A DNA stretch of 64,000 nucleotides from an uncultured Thermoleophilaceae bacterium (lineage in GTDB: Bacteria; Actinomycetota; Thermoleophilia; Solirubrobacterales; Thermoleophilaceae): NCBI GenBank assembly GCA_963819635.1, contig CAWFWX010000008.1, positions 26,595 to 90,594 on the forward strand, given 5' to 3'. Below, in pieces: positions 40,928-51,008 of the stretch. Each line of letters starts with the position of its first letter. Position 1 is the first letter of the stretch. The notes beneath the pieces were generated by a model. It did not search any database. It was given only the letters and a program-made list of their open reading frames with translations, and had not been told where the DNA came from. The translations under genes were made by a program, and so were the position numbers.

Positions 40928-41716
40928 TCAGGGAAGTCTCGCAAGGAAGCGCACGAGCGCCTCGGCGCCCTCGGCGGGCGCCTCGTCCCAGACGAAGTGC
41001 CCGGTCCCCTCGACCACCACCAGCTCCGTGTCCGGCAGCTCACGCTCGAAGCGATGGGCGCCCGCAACGGGCGCGAACTCGTCGTCCTCGCCCCAGACGA
41101 GCAGGACCGGGACGTCCAGGGTCGCCAGGTCGTACTGCTCGAGCTTCGAGAAGTCGCCGGAGCGGTAGAGCTCGAGGTGGCCGGTACGGCGTGTCGCGTC
41201 GGTGTACGCCTTCCAGTACTCGTCTAGCGCCTCGTCGCTCACGCCCGCCATCGACTGGCGCATGACGCTCGCGAACGTCGCGCGGTCGATGGCCCCGATC
41301 ATCTGCTCGCCGGTATGCGGCTCGCGCAGGGCCTTCGCCATGCCGTGCCACTTCCCGTCCGGGAAGAAGCCCGTCGAGCTGATCACGAGGCCGCGCACGG
41401 CCTCCGGGTGCTCGCACGCCCAGCGCAACCCGATCAGCCCGCCCCAGTCGTGCATGACCGGCACGCAGCGGTCGATGCCGAGCTCGCGGCGGAAGCGCTC
41501 CAGCGACTCGATGTGCCGCTCCCAGGTGCCGGGCGGGTCGGGCGGCGAGTCGCCGAAGCCCGCGAAGTCGGGAGCCACGGCGCGCCAGCCGGCGTCCGCG
41601 ACGGCGGGCATGACGCCCTCCCACATGAACGAGGACTCGGGGTAGCCGTGCAGCAGGAGCGCCACCGGCCCATCGGCAGGACCGCTTTCGCGGTAGGAGA
41701 GTCCTGCGGCGAGCAT
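40928..41716 (-). CDS. alpha/beta hydrolase (haloalkane-dehalogenase/epoxide-hydrolase-like)
   Basis: LLLHGYPESSFMW, VMHDWGG, GHFVWDEAP. Confidence 0.7.
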   Translation of the reverse strand: MLAAGLSYRESGPADGPVALLLHGYPESSFMWEGVMPAVADAGWRAVAPDFAGFGDSPPDPPGTWERHIESLERFRRELGIDRCVPVMHDWGGLIGLRWACEHPEAVRGLVISSTGFFPDGKWHGMAKALREPHTGEQMIGAIDRATFASVMRQSMAGVSDEALDEYWKAYTDATRRTGHLELYRSGDFSKLEQYDLATLDVPVLLVWGEDDEFAPVAGAHRFERELPDTELVVVEGTGHFVWDEAPAEGAEALVRFLARLP

Positions 41717-41729
41717 CTAACCTTGGAGC

Positions 41730-42560
41730 ATGACGGCCCCGGTTCCCGACGACAAACTCAGGCTCGGCGGCATGGCGCTTCGGAACGGACTTCTCGTGCA
41801 CGGGCCGACCCATTGGGCCGCCGCCGTGCGGACGGAGAGCGGCGAGCTGAAGGTCGCATCGGGCCGCAAGCCGGACCTCGGCGCCCGCGCGGCCGAGCGC
41901 GTGCCGGGCGTCCGCGGCGTGATGAAGCTGGCCGAGGCGCTGGCCGTGATCCCGATCGTGAAGCGCGCGCTGCCTGAGGCGCGCCTCCCGATGCAGGACA
42001 TCAGGACGCTCGGCTCGATGGGCGCCGCGGCGCTCGCGGGGCAGGCGATCCGAACGGCCGGCTCGCGCACACCCGGCTCGCGCACCGCGGGCCGCGAGGC
42101 GGCGGTGGCGCTCGTGAGCGTGGCGCCGGCGCTGCTCGCGCTCCGGAGCGGCGACCTCGCCGCGTATCACGGCGTGGAGCACAAGGCGATCGCCGGATAC
42201 GAGGACGGCTCGGACGCCGCCGAGGCGGACAAGGAGCACGACCGCTGCGGCTCGCACCTGGTCGCGCCGATGCTCACGGCCGCCGCGATCGGGAACGTCG
42301 CCCTGCGCCGCGCCGGCCTGCGCGGCCCGGCGGCCGAGGCCGCCGTGGGACTCGGGAGCGCCGCGGTGGCCGTGGAGATGTTCGCCTGGGGCGAGCGCCA
42401 CCCCGACTCGGCGCTCACGAGGCTCATGCGCCGGCCCGGCTTCGAGATCCAGCGCGCCATCGGCACGCGCGAGCCGACCGAGGAGCAGCTCGAGGTCGGC
42501 AAGGCCGCGCTCGCGGAGATCCTCCGGGTCGAGGGCGGCCAGGTCGAGGGTGGCAAGTAG
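41730..42560 (+). CDS. DUF1385 domain protein
   Basis: LGGMALRNGLLVHG, YHGVEHKAIAGYE, HDRCGSHLV. Confidence 0.6.
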   Translation: MTAPVPDDKLRLGGMALRNGLLVHGPTHWAAAVRTESGELKVASGRKPDLGARAAERVPGVRGVMKLAEALAVIPIVKRALPEARLPMQDIRTLGSMGAAALAGQAIRTAGSRTPGSRTAGREAAVALVSVAPALLALRSGDLAAYHGVEHKAIAGYEDGSDAAEADKEHDRCGSHLVAPMLTAAAIGNVALRRAGLRGPAAEAAVGLGSAAVAVEMFAWGERHPDSALTRLMRRPGFEIQRAIGTREPTEEQLEVGKAALAEILRVEGGQVEGGK

Positions 42561-43620
42561 CGCGCCTGCCCGCGAGCGCCTCGCCCCTGAGGTCTTCAGG
42601 CTTCCTGTAGAGCGGATCCGCGCGGGCTACTACAGCGACGCGTACTTCAACCTCACGCGCCGGCTCCTCGTCGAGACGGGCCGCCGGCCCGCCGTGACGG
42701 TCCAGGTCTTCCAGAAGGAGCACTCGGTGCTGGGCGGCATCGACGAGGCGATCGCGGTGCTGAAGCTCTGCTCCGACGACTGGAGCAGCCTCGAGGTGCA
42801 GGCCCTCCACGAGGGCGACGGGATCGAGCCGTGGGAGCCGATCCTCCAGATCGACGGCGACTACGCCCAGTTCGCACACCTCGAGACGGTCTACCTCGGC
42901 GTCCTGTCGCGGCGCACGCGCATCATGCGGAACGTGCGCAGGGTGGTCGAGGCCGCGAACGGCAAGCCGATCCTGTTCTTCCCCGCACGGCACGACCACT
43001 GGCTCGTCCAGACCGGGGATGGCTGGGGGGCGCACGTGGCCGGCGCGATCGGCGTCTCGACCGACGCGCAGGCGTCCTGGTGGGGCGGCCGCGGCGTGGG
43101 AACCGTCCCGCACGGCCTGATCGCCGCGTACGGCGGCGACACGGTGGCCGCGGCGCGCGCGTGGGCCGATCGCTTCGCCGACGAGATGAACGTGACGGTG
43201 CTCGTGGACTTCGAGAACGACTCGGTTCGCACCGCGCTGGAGGTGGCCGACGCCCTCGGCGATCGCCTCTGGGGCGTTCGTCTCGACACCTCCGAGCTGA
43301 TGGTCGACCGCTCACTCTGGCCCGATATGGGCGACTTCAGGCCGACCGGCGTGAACGAGGTGCTCGTGAGGCGGGTGCGCGACGCTCTCGACGAGGCCGG
43401 CCATCGGCACGTGCACATCGTGGCCTCCGGCGGGTTCGACGCCGAGAAGATCACCGCGTTCGAGAGAGCGGGCGCACCGGTGGACGCGTACGGGGTCGGA
43501 TCGTCCCTCGTGCAGGGCGCGAACGACTTCACGGCCGACGTCGTTCGGGTCGAGGGTCGCGACTGCGCCAAGGCGGGTCGCCGCTTCAGGACCAATCCGC
43601 GGCTAGAGAGAGTCCTTTAG
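42550..43620 (+). CDS. nicotinate phosphoribosyltransferase family protein
   Basis: YYSDAYFNLT, FPARHDHW, GVGTVPHGLIAAYGGDT, GVRLDTSE, ASGGFD. Confidence 0.6.
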   Translation: MASSAPARERLAPEVFRLPVERIRAGYYSDAYFNLTRRLLVETGRRPAVTVQVFQKEHSVLGGIDEAIAVLKLCSDDWSSLEVQALHEGDGIEPWEPILQIDGDYAQFAHLETVYLGVLSRRTRIMRNVRRVVEAANGKPILFFPARHDHWLVQTGDGWGAHVAGAIGVSTDAQASWWGGRGVGTVPHGLIAAYGGDTVAAARAWADRFADEMNVTVLVDFENDSVRTALEVADALGDRLWGVRLDTSELMVDRSLWPDMGDFRPTGVNEVLVRRVRDALDEAGHRHVHIVASGGFDAEKITAFERAGAPVDAYGVGSSLVQGANDFTADVVRVEGRDCAKAGRRFRTNPRLERVL

Positions 43621-43648
43621 GGCTCATGTCGCGGCCGCGGATGGCCGA

Positions 43649-45601
43649 TTGGGGTACTGGATGAGGCGGACCCTCCGCAGCCTGCCCCTGCTCGCTCTCC
43701 TGGCGCTGGTACTGCCGGCTGCTCCGGCGGGCGCGGCCACCGGTGGCTCGGCCGCCTGCACGGTCCCATTCGAGATGGCCCGCAAGCAGCAGCTTGGCGA
43801 GGTGAGCTTCGAGCGCGGTCCCTACAAGCTCACCGTGCTCGACAGCTCTCAGCTTGCCTGTGCCGACGCGCACGACGAGCTTCGCCGCGTCCTGCGCGAG
43901 CCCGGCGCCGAGCTGCCCGACGGCTGGAAGTTCGACGCCGCCTCCCGCGTCGTCTCGCGCGAGAACGGGACCGACGGCTTCAGGGTCGAGGCCGACGACA
44001 CCGAGGCGGCGGCCAGCGGGAAGGACGACAGCTCCTTCTGGGGCGGCCTCGAGGGCTTCGCGCTCACCTGGCTCCCGATCATCTTCATGGGCCTGATCGC
44101 GGTCGCGGTCGTATGGATGGTCCAGTACATGCCGCGGACGAAGCCGCAGGAGATCGCTCCGTCCTCGTCGAGCTCCGTGCGCTGGGACGACGTGGCCGGC
44201 GTCGAGGAGGCCAAGGACGAGCTCCGCGAGGTCGTGGAGTTCATGCGCGACCCGAAGCGCTTCAAGAAGCTCGGCGCCAAGGTGCCGAAGGGCATCCTGC
44301 TTCACGGGCCGCCGGGCACTGGCAAGACGCTCCTCGCAAAGGCCGTCGCCAACGAGTCGAACGCGAAGTTCTTCGCCCAGTCGGCCAGCTCCTTCGTGGA
44401 GATGTTCGCCGGGCTCGGCGCGGCCCGCATCAGGCGCCTGTTCCGCCAGGCGCGCAAGGAGGCGCCGGCGATCGTGTTCATCGACGAGCTCGACGCGGTC
44501 GGAGCCACGCGCGGCAGCGACATCTCGGGGGAGAAGGATCAGACGCTCAATCAGCTGCTCGTCGAGCTCGACGGCTTCGGCGGGGCGGACAACGTCGTCG
44601 TGATCGCGGCGTCGAACCTGCTCGAGAAGCTCGATCCGGCGCTGCTCCGGCCCGGCCGCTTCGACCGCCAGATTCTCGTGACGCCGCCCGACCTGAAGGG
44701 CCGTCGCAACATCCTGTCCGTCCATACCCGCGGCAAGCCGCTCGCCGAGGACGTGGACATGGAGGCCATCGCGCGCCAGACCAGCGGCATGACGGGCGCC
44801 GACCTCGCCAACATCTGCAACGAAGCGGCCATCTTCGCCGGCCGCGAGCACCGCGACTCCCTGAGGACGAAGGACTTCCAGTCTGCGCTCGAGCGCGTCG
44901 TCGCCGGCATGCAGTCGCGGCGCGTGATCACAGACCACGAGAAGAGGGTGGTGGCCTACCACGAGGCGGGCCACGCGCTCTGCTCGGAGCTGCTCGAGTC
45001 GGTGGAGAAGGTCCACCGCATCTCGATCATCCCGCGCGGCAAGGCGCTCGGCTACACGCTGAACCTCCCCGAGGAGGACCGCTACCTGAAGACGAAGGAG
45101 GAGCTCCTCGACTACATGGTCGTGCTCCTCGGCGGGCGCGTGACCGAGCACCTGATCTTCGGCGAGATCACGACCGGCGCGGCCGACGACCTGCGCAAGG
45201 TCCACGAGATCAGCCGCTCGATGGTCACCGTCTACGGCATGGGCACCGAACTGATGTCGAAGCAGATCCCCACCGACGACTACTCGATGTCGGACTACAC
45301 GCGCCGCCAGGTGGACGAGGAGCAGCAGTACCTCACCGACCTGGCGCACCGTCGCGCGCTCAAGATCGTTCAGGACAACAGCCCTCTGCTCGAGGCGCTC
45401 GCCGTCACGCTGCTCGAGAACGAGGTGCTCGAGCGAGAGGACATCGAGCGGCTCGTCTCGGGCTACCGCGGCGACGGCGACGGCGGCGACTCGAACGGGA
45501 AGCCGGCCTCACCGGTGGTGCCCGTGGCGGAGCCGGGCGCGGCGCGCGTGGCGGCCGCGGAGCGTCTCGAGGGTCAGCCCGGCGGCGACTCGCCGTCGTA
45601 G
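43649..45601 (+). CDS. ftsH: ATP-dependent zinc metalloprotease FtsH
   Basis: TM - extracytoplasmic domain - TM, then [32 protein letters not shown] region, Zn site HEAGHAL. Confidence 0.9.
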   Translation: MGYWMRRTLRSLPLLALLALVLPAAPAGAATGGSAACTVPFEMARKQQLGEVSFERGPYKLTVLDSSQLACADAHDELRRVLREPGAELPDGWKFDAASRVVSRENGTDGFRVEADDTEAAASGKDDSSFWGGLEGFALTWLPIIFMGLIAVAVVWMVQYMPRTKPQEIAPSSSSSVRWDDVAGVEEAKDELREVVEFMRDPKRFKKLGAKVPKGILLHGPPGTGKTLLAKAVANESNAKFFAQSASSFVEMFAGLGAARIRRLFRQARKEAPAIVFIDELDAVGATRGSDISGEKDQTLNQLLVELDGFGGADNVVVIAASNLLEKLDPALLRPGRFDRQILVTPPDLKGRRNILSVHTRGKPLAEDVDMEAIARQTSGMTGADLANICNEAAIFAGREHRDSLRTKDFQSALERVVAGMQSRRVITDHEKRVVAYHEAGHALCSELLESVEKVHRISIIPRGKALGYTLNLPEEDRYLKTKEELLDYMVVLLGGRVTEHLIFGEITTGAADDLRKVHEISRSMVTVYGMGTELMSKQIPTDDYSMSDYTRRQVDEEQQYLTDLAHRRALKIVQDNSPLLEALAVTLLENEVLEREDIERLVSGYRGDGDGGDSNGKPASPVVPVAEPGAARVAAAERLEGQPGGDSPS

Positions 45602-46053
45602 TAGTCGCGCCCGTCCTCGCGCCGGAACCACATCCGCAGGCCGCCGCCGTCGGGCCGCCGCTCGGCCGCTCCGATCTTGCCGGAGTCGAGCTGGAGGATG
45701 ATGTCGGGCTCGCCGCTGGGGCTGAAGGCCAGGAACCGGATCGGCTCCTCCGTCCTGTTCACGATCTGATGGGCGCCCTGCTCGCCGCGCAGAAAGGTCA
45801 CGACCTCGCCCTGCTCGAGCTCGCGCCAGCCGTCCGGCGTCCGTAGGCTCGGCCGGCCCTCGAGCACCACCACGATCTCCTCCTCGGTGAGATGCGCGTG
45901 GTACGGGTAGGCCGCCTGCCCGGGCTCGACCTCCCACAGGCTGAGGCCGAGCCGCTCGGCGCCGGCCTGCCGGCTGAGCCGGGCGCGCTGGGCGCGGAAG
46001 CCCTCCTGCTCGCGCGGCTCGTCGAAGTCAGGCGTCTGGATGTTGATTCCCAT
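45574..46053 (-). CDS. cupin domain protein
   Basis: ATG 46053. GQAAYPYHAHLTEEEIVVVLEGRPSLRTPDGWRELEQGEVVTF. Its 3' end overlaps the ftsH 3' end by 28 nt. Confidence 0.6.
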   Translation of the reverse strand: MGINIQTPDFDEPREQEGFRAQRARLSRQAGAERLGLSLWEVEPGQAAYPYHAHLTEEEIVVVLEGRPSLRTPDGWRELEQGEVVTFLRGEQGAHQIVNRTEEPIRFLAFSPSGEPDIILQLDSGKIGAAERRPDGGGLRMWFRREDGRDYYDGESPPG

Positions 46054-46073
46054 GTGCGTATTCTGCTCACCCC

Positions 46074-46484
46074 GTGTTCGGACGGATTGATCACATCGGA
46101 GTCGCGGTCGAGGACCTCGACGCGGCGATCGAGCTCTACGGCGAGCGGCTCGGCATGCAGCTCCAGCACCGCGAGACGGTGGAGGAGCAGGGCGTCGAGG
46201 CGGTGCTGCTCGGAGTCGGCGAGAGCCACGTGGAGCTGCTCCAGCCGCTCGGCCCGGACACGGCGGTCGGGAAGTTCCTCGCCCGAAGCGGGCCCGGCCT
46301 TCACCACGTGGCCTACGGGACGGATGACATCGACTCGGCACTCGAGTCCGTCCGTGGCGCCGGCCTCGAGCTCATCGACGAGCGGCCGCGGATCGGAATC
46401 CGCGGCAGCCGCGTGGCGTTTCTGCACCCGAAGTCGACCGGCGGCGTGCTCACCGAGCTGGTCGAGAGCCCGGAGGGCCATTGA
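46074..46484 (+). CDS. mce: methylmalonyl-CoA epimerase (VOC family)
   Basis: IDHIGVAVEDLDAAIELY...HVELLQPLGPDTAVGKFL...GLHHVAY...VAFLHPKSTGGVLTELVE. Confidence 0.75.
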   Translation: MFGRIDHIGVAVEDLDAAIELYGERLGMQLQHRETVEEQGVEAVLLGVGESHVELLQPLGPDTAVGKFLARSGPGLHHVAYGTDDIDSALESVRGAGLELIDERPRIGIRGSRVAFLHPKSTGGVLTELVESPEGH

Positions 46485-46705
46485 TGGCTGACTACCCCCG
46501 ACGCATAGACATCGGCTTCCAGGGCGGGCAGGTGCTGTCCGTGCGCGTGTCGCAGGAAGTCCACGACGCCTTTCGGAAGGCGCTGGCGGACTCGAACGCG
46601 GAGCGCTGGTTCGAGCTCCACACGCAGGACTCCGAGGTGCACATCGACCTCTCGCAGGTCGTGTACGTGCGGCTCGACACCGACGAGCACCGGGTCGGCT
46701 TCTAG
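46481..46705 (+). CDS. small conserved protein, DUF3107-like
   Basis: 74 aa ending ...VVYVRLDTDEHRVGF, with a beta-rich IDIGFQGGQVLSVRV start. The pattern resembles actinobacterial DUF3107. It is translationally coupled to mce. Confidence 0.35.
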   Translation: MMADYPRRIDIGFQGGQVLSVRVSQEVHDAFRKALADSNAERWFELHTQDSEVHIDLSQVVYVRLDTDEHRVGF

Positions 46706-46708
46706 GCG

Positions 46709-47209
46709 TTGAAGGCACTCGCCGCGCTCGACCTCAGGCTGCTACGCCTGCTTCGGACGCGCGGGCACACGCCGGCGATCGAGACGGCGCTGATCAGGCT
46801 GGCGCGGGCCGGCGAGAACGGCTTCGTCTGGAACGCCATCGCGGTGGTGGGCGGAACGCTCAGCGCCCGCCGCCGGGACGACTACGTGCGCGCGGTCGAG
46901 ATCGTGCTCCTGACGCTCCTGCTGAACACGGCCGTGAAGTACGCGGTGCGCCGCGCCCGCCCCGTGCTCGAGGAGGAGCTTCCGGCGCTCACGCCCGTCC
47001 TGTCGGGGCGCTCGTACCCGTCGGCGCACGCGTCCACCTCGTTCGCCGCCGCGCGTGCGCTGGGCGCGGCGGGGCTGCCCGAGGCGCCGCTGCGCGCCGT
47101 CGCGGTGGCGATGGCGCTCTCGCGCCCGTACCTGGGCGTCCACTACCCCAGCGACGTGCTGGCCGGCGCGCTCCTCGGCGATTCGGTGGCGCGCCTCATG
47201 ACCCCCTGA
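46709..47209 (+). CDS. PAP2 superfamily phosphatase (membrane)
   Basis: KYAVRRARP, SYPSAHAS, GVHYPSDVLAGALLG (PAP2 motifs C1-C3). Confidence 0.7.
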   Translation: MKALAALDLRLLRLLRTRGHTPAIETALIRLARAGENGFVWNAIAVVGGTLSARRRDDYVRAVEIVLLTLLLNTAVKYAVRRARPVLEEELPALTPVLSGRSYPSAHASTSFAAARALGAAGLPEAPLRAVAVAMALSRPYLGVHYPSDVLAGALLGDSVARLMTP

Positions 47210-48134
47210 CGCGCGAGATCACGCGCGCGATCAGGTCATTGAACTCCATCCCCGCCGCCTGCGCCGCGTAGCGGGTCGGCCCGGTCTCGGTGAGCCCCGG
47301 GATCGTGTTGATCTCGAGGATCTGGGGCACCTGGTGCTCGTCGAGGATGAGGTCCACGCGGCCGAGGTCGCGGCAGCCGGCGGCCTGGTAGGCCTGCGCG
47401 GCCACGGCCTCGACGCGCTCCCGGACGCCGGCGTCGAGCTCCGCCTCGCGCATCGTGGCCGCGCCGGGGTCGTAGTGGGCGCGGAACGTGTAGAACGGCT
47501 CGTCGGTCTCGATCTCGATCACCGGCAGGATCTCGGGCGCCTCGGCGGGGCCCAGCACGGTCACGGCCAGCTCGCGCCCGGCGACGTAGCGCTCGATCAC
47601 CACGCGGTCGTCGTAGCCCAGGGCGCCCACGATCGCCGGGCCGAACTGCTCGGGCGTCTCGACGAACTTGATCCCGAGCGACGAGCCCTGGCGCGCCGGC
47701 TTCAGCACGAACGGAAGGCCGAGCTGCTCGGCGAGCTGATCCAGGCTCTCGGCCGCGCCGAACTCCGAGAACGCCTCGCGGTTGAAGGAGTGCCATTCGG
47801 GCGTGTCGAGGCCCTGCGCCTGCATCAGCTGCTTGAACGAGTGCTTGTCGAGGCAGCGTCCGGACGCGTGCACGTCCGAGCCGGTGTAGGGCACCCCGAG
47901 GATCTCGAGCAGGTCCTGGAGGGTGCCGTCCTCGCCGCCGCGCCCGTGCATCGCGACGAAGACGAAGTCCGGCGCGAGCTCGCGTATCCGGCGCACGAAG
48001 CGTGCGTCGGGATCGAGCACGGTCACGTCGTAGCCGAGCGTCGCCAGCGCGTCCGCCGCCCGACCGCCCGAGCGGAGGCTCACCTCCCGCTCGAGGCTCC
48101 GCCCCCCGCTCGCCACGGCCACGCGGGTCCCCAT
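47196..48134 (-). CDS. ddl: D-alanine--D-alanine ligase (canonical length)
   Basis: 312 aa: VASGGRSLEREVSLRSG, MHGRGGEDGTLQDLLEILGVPYTGS, ILEINTIPGLT. Confidence 0.85.
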   Translation of the reverse strand: MGTRVAVASGGRSLEREVSLRSGGRAADALATLGYDVTVLDPDARFVRRIRELAPDFVFVAMHGRGGEDGTLQDLLEILGVPYTGSDVHASGRCLDKHSFKQLMQAQGLDTPEWHSFNREAFSEFGAAESLDQLAEQLGLPFVLKPARQGSSLGIKFVETPEQFGPAIVGALGYDDRVVIERYVAGRELAVTVLGPAEAPEILPVIEIETDEPFYTFRAHYDPGAATMREAELDAGVRERVEAVAAQAYQAAGCRDLGRVDLILDEHQVPQILEINTIPGLTETGPTRYAAQAAGMEFNDLIARVISRVRGS

Positions 48135-48138
48135 CCGC

Positions 48139-49353
48139 CTAGCGCCTCTGGTGCTCGGCGATCAGCACGGACTCGAACGTGCGTGTGGTGGCGCGGCGCT
48201 CGGCCGCCTCCGCGAACGCGATCTCGAGAAGGGTGTCTGCCAGCTCGTCGAAGGGCAGCCCGGCCGGCTCGAACAGGTAGAAGGCGAACGAGCCGGGAAC
48301 GGTGTTCGGCTCGTTGAGGATGATCTCCGGCGCGCCGCCTGTGTCCTTCAGGAAAAAGTCGTAGCGCACCACGCCGAACAGCTCGAGAGCGGTGTGAGCG
48401 GTCTTGGCGGTGGCCACGAGCGCGTCGGCCGCCGTGTCCGAGATCGGCGCAGGGATGAGCCTGTCGGCGCTCGCCATGCCCTCTGAGGTGCCACCCGCTT
48501 TGGCGCCGCCGCCCGCGGACTTGCCCTCGCCTCCCTTGCCGCCGGCGCGCAGGTACTTGTCCTCGAAGGACAGCGCGGACTCCGCGTCCCGCACCGGCTG
48601 CTCGACCGCGGACGCGCGCAGCTCGGTGCTGCGTGCGCCGATGATCGCGACGTTCACCTCCACGAACTCGTCGAGCGCGGGCTCCACGAGCGCCTTCCGG
48701 TCGAGCTCGAAGCAGAGCTCGAGCGCCTCCTCGAGCTCCTCTGGATGCGTGACGCGCGCCACGCCGATCGACGAGCCGAGCGTCGCGGGCTTCACGTAGC
48801 AGGGCATGCCCTGGCCGCCGGCACGCTCCAGCACCCTCTCCCGCTCGCCGGTGAACTCCTCCCGGCGGATGAGCGTGTGCGGGGCGACCTGGATACCCGC
48901 CTCGGCGAGCACGAGCTTCGTGAGGTGCTTGTCCATCGAGACCGCGGCCGCGGTCACGCCGCCGCCCACGTACGGCAGGCCGCTCAGCTCCAGCGCTCCG
49001 AGCAGGCTGCCGTCCTCGCCGCCGGTGCCGTGGATGGCGCAGATCACCGCGTCGACCTGCAGATCGCGATCGCCCTTGAAGCGCGAGCCGCCCGGCGCCG
49101 CGAAGGGCGAGCCGTCGCGGCCGAGCCGCAGCTCGCAGGGCTCGGCGCCCTGCGGCGCGTCGCGCCCGAACGCGCCGATGTCCCTCAGCGCGTCGCCGGT
49201 CCACCAGCGGCCGTCGCGGGCGAGATAGACGGGAATCGGCTCGTGCCGAGGCTCGAGGACGGCCATCAGCTGCTGCGCGCTGATGATCGACACGTCGTGC
49301 TCAACGGAGGGGCCGCCGAACGCGACGGCGACCCGGAGGTCCTGCTGCGTCAT
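48139..49353 (-). CDS. D-Ala-D-Ala-ligase-family ATP-grasp enzyme with a Gly/Lys-rich insertion of about 24 aa in the omega-loop region
   Basis: ATG 49353. VAFGGPSVEHDVSIISA, IHGTGGEDGSLLGALELSGLPYVGG, LNEPNTVPG. The insert FEDKYLRAGGKGGEGKSAGGGAKAGGTSEGMASADRLIPAP aligns with E. coli DdlB YEAKYLSDETQYFCPA. Confidence 0.7.
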   Translation of the reverse strand: MTQQDLRVAVAFGGPSVEHDVSIISAQQLMAVLEPRHEPIPVYLARDGRWWTGDALRDIGAFGRDAPQGAEPCELRLGRDGSPFAAPGGSRFKGDRDLQVDAVICAIHGTGGEDGSLLGALELSGLPYVGGGVTAAAVSMDKHLTKLVLAEAGIQVAPHTLIRREEFTGERERVLERAGGQGMPCYVKPATLGSSIGVARVTHPEELEEALELCFELDRKALVEPALDEFVEVNVAIIGARSTELRASAVEQPVRDAESALSFEDKYLRAGGKGGEGKSAGGGAKAGGTSEGMASADRLIPAPISDTAADALVATAKTAHTALELFGVVRYDFFLKDTGGAPEIILNEPNTVPGSFAFYLFEPAGLPFDELADTLLEIAFAEAAERRATTRTFESVLIAEHQRR

Positions 49354-51008
49354 GGGCGCGGAAACATACTTCCCGAGCCGTTGCCGGCTTCTGCGTAGAG
49401 GTCCGGGAGGTCGTTCTCGAACAGCACGACGTCGCCACGGCGCGTGGTCTTGGCGAGCAGCGCCTCCGCCTCCGAGGAGTTCGCCACCACGTGTATCTGC
49501 GAGTCGGGGAAGGACGCGGCGCTCAGGCCGGCCAGGATCGGCTTCGAGCGCTCCTCGCCGACCAGCACGACGAGGTCGCAGACCGCGGCGGCCTGGGTGC
49601 CGAAGCGCTCGTTCTCCTCGGCCTCGCGCTCGCCCAGCTCCACCATCCCGGGAGTGACCAGGACGCGCCGCTCCGCCTGATGCGACGCGAGCACCTCGAG
49701 TGCCGCGGCGGCGCCGACGGGGTTCGAGTTGTAGGCGTCGTCGATGACGACGATCCCCGCCTGGCGGTTCAGGATCGGCGCGAGCCGGTGGGCGGGCGGC
49801 GACACCCGCGCCAGCGCGCGGGCGACGGCGTCGAGCGGCATGTCGAGGCTCGTGCCCACCGCGGCGGCCGCGAGCAGGTTGGCCACGTTGTGGCGGCCGA
49901 GCAGCCGCGTGCGGACCGTCACCTCCTCGCCGGCCCGCGTTCGCAGTGTGAAGCGCGTCGTGCCCTCCGCCATCGCGATGTCCGTGGCGGTCAGGTCGGC
50001 GTCCGGGTTGCCCGCGGCGCTGAACAGGACCACGCGCGCCTCTGTGCGCTCGGTGGTTCGCACGCAGCGTTCGTCGTCGAGGGTGGTCACGTAGACGCCG
50101 TCGCCGGGCAGCTGCTCGGCGAGCTCGCCCTTGGCCTTCTCGATCTCGTCCAGCGAGCCGAAGCGCTCGAGGTGCGCCGGCCCGATCGCGGTGAGCACGC
50201 CGAGCTTGGGGCGGACGAGCTCGCACAGCTCGGCCACGTCCCCGCGCCGGTACGCGCCCATCTCGGCGATGAAGGTGCGGTGCCTCGCCGTGAGACCCTC
50301 GTTGATCGCGCGAACGACGCCCAGGTAGGTGTTGTACGAGGCCGGGGTGGCGTACGCGGGGCCGCGGAGCTCGGCCACCGCGGCGATGCACGCCTTCGTG
50401 GTCGTCTTGCCGAAGGAACCGGTGATGCCGATCGTCAGGGGGGCGATCTCCTCGAGCTTGCGCTTGGCGCGCTGTACGAAGCGGCGGTTGTCGAGCTCCT
50501 GGATCGGCTTGACCACTGCGTTGGCGATGAAGAGGAGCTCGGGAGCGGCAACGATCGCGAGAAGCGCGGTCGCGGTGCCGATCGCGGCCGCGATCCAGGG
50601 GGCGGCGCCGGCGATGACGGCGACGGCTGCGAGCACGAGGATGAGCGCGGGCAGCGCGAGCGCCACCGCGAACAGGCGCCGCGCGCGGGCGGTGAAGACG
50701 AGCGGCTTGGTCTGCGGCCGCCGGAGGACCCTCAGGCCGGCGAGCGCCAGCGCGAGGCCGATACCGGTGCCGAGCGACAGCGTGAGCCCGTCGAGGCCGG
50801 CGGCGGTGACCGCGACGAGAACGGCGCCGGCCACGGCACAGAAGCCGAGCATGGTCCAGTCGACGCGCGCGCTCCGGCGCTCGACCCAGACGCGCAGCCG
50901 CGCCGGCTCGTAGTGCTCGAGCTGGAAGAGGTGGAGCATGAGGTGCAGGCGACCGGCGATGAGGACGAGGAGCCCGGCGGCAGCGGCGATAAGGCCGGCG
51001 GCGGTCAC
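49350..51008 (-). CDS. MurF-like Mur ligase with a polytopic membrane N-terminus of about 170 aa in place of the usual N-terminal domain
   Basis: GITGSFGKTTTK P-loop at about aa 197, DDAYNSNP, TPGMVELGE. The first ~170 aa are hydrophobic helices (LIAAAAGLLVLIAG, FCAVAGAVLVAVTAAG, LALPALILVLAAVAVIAGAAPWIAAAIG). Confidence 0.6.
   Translation of the reverse strand: MTAAGLIAAAAGLLVLIAGRLHLMLHLFQLEHYEPARLRVWVERRSARVDWTMLGFCAVAGAVLVAVTAAGLDGLTLSLGTGIGLALALAGLRVLRRPQTKPLVFTARARRLFAVALALPALILVLAAVAVIAGAAPWIAAAIGTATALLAIVAAPELLFIANAVVKPIQELDNRRFVQRAKRKLEEIAPLTIGITGSFGKTTTKACIAAVAELRGPAYATPASYNTYLGVVRAINEGLTARHRTFIAEMGAYRRGDVAELCELVRPKLGVLTAIGPAHLERFGSLDEIEKAKGELAEQLPGDGVYVTTLDDERCVRTTERTEARVVLFSAAGNPDADLTATDIAMAEGTTRFTLRTRAGEEVTVRTRLLGRHNVANLLAAAAVGTSLDMPLDAVARALARVSPPAHRLAPILNRQAGIVVIDDAYNSNPVGAAAALEVLASHQAERRVLVTPGMVELGEREAEENERFGTQAAAVCDLVVLVGEERSKPILAGLSAASFPDSQIHVVANSSEAEALLAKTTRRGDVVLFENDLPDLYAEAGNGSGSMFPRP

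Noticed and set aside
45574-45601. 28-nt convergent overlap of the ftsH and cupin gene 3' ends
   Set aside because: Short convergent overlaps are common in compact high-GC genomes. No additional structure was seen.
47196-49353. Two ddl genes as a vancomycin-resistance (van) cluster
   Set aside because: There is no vanH (D-lactate dehydrogenase), vanX/Y peptidase or vanRS two-component genes nearby. It is treated instead as an atypical ligase operon.
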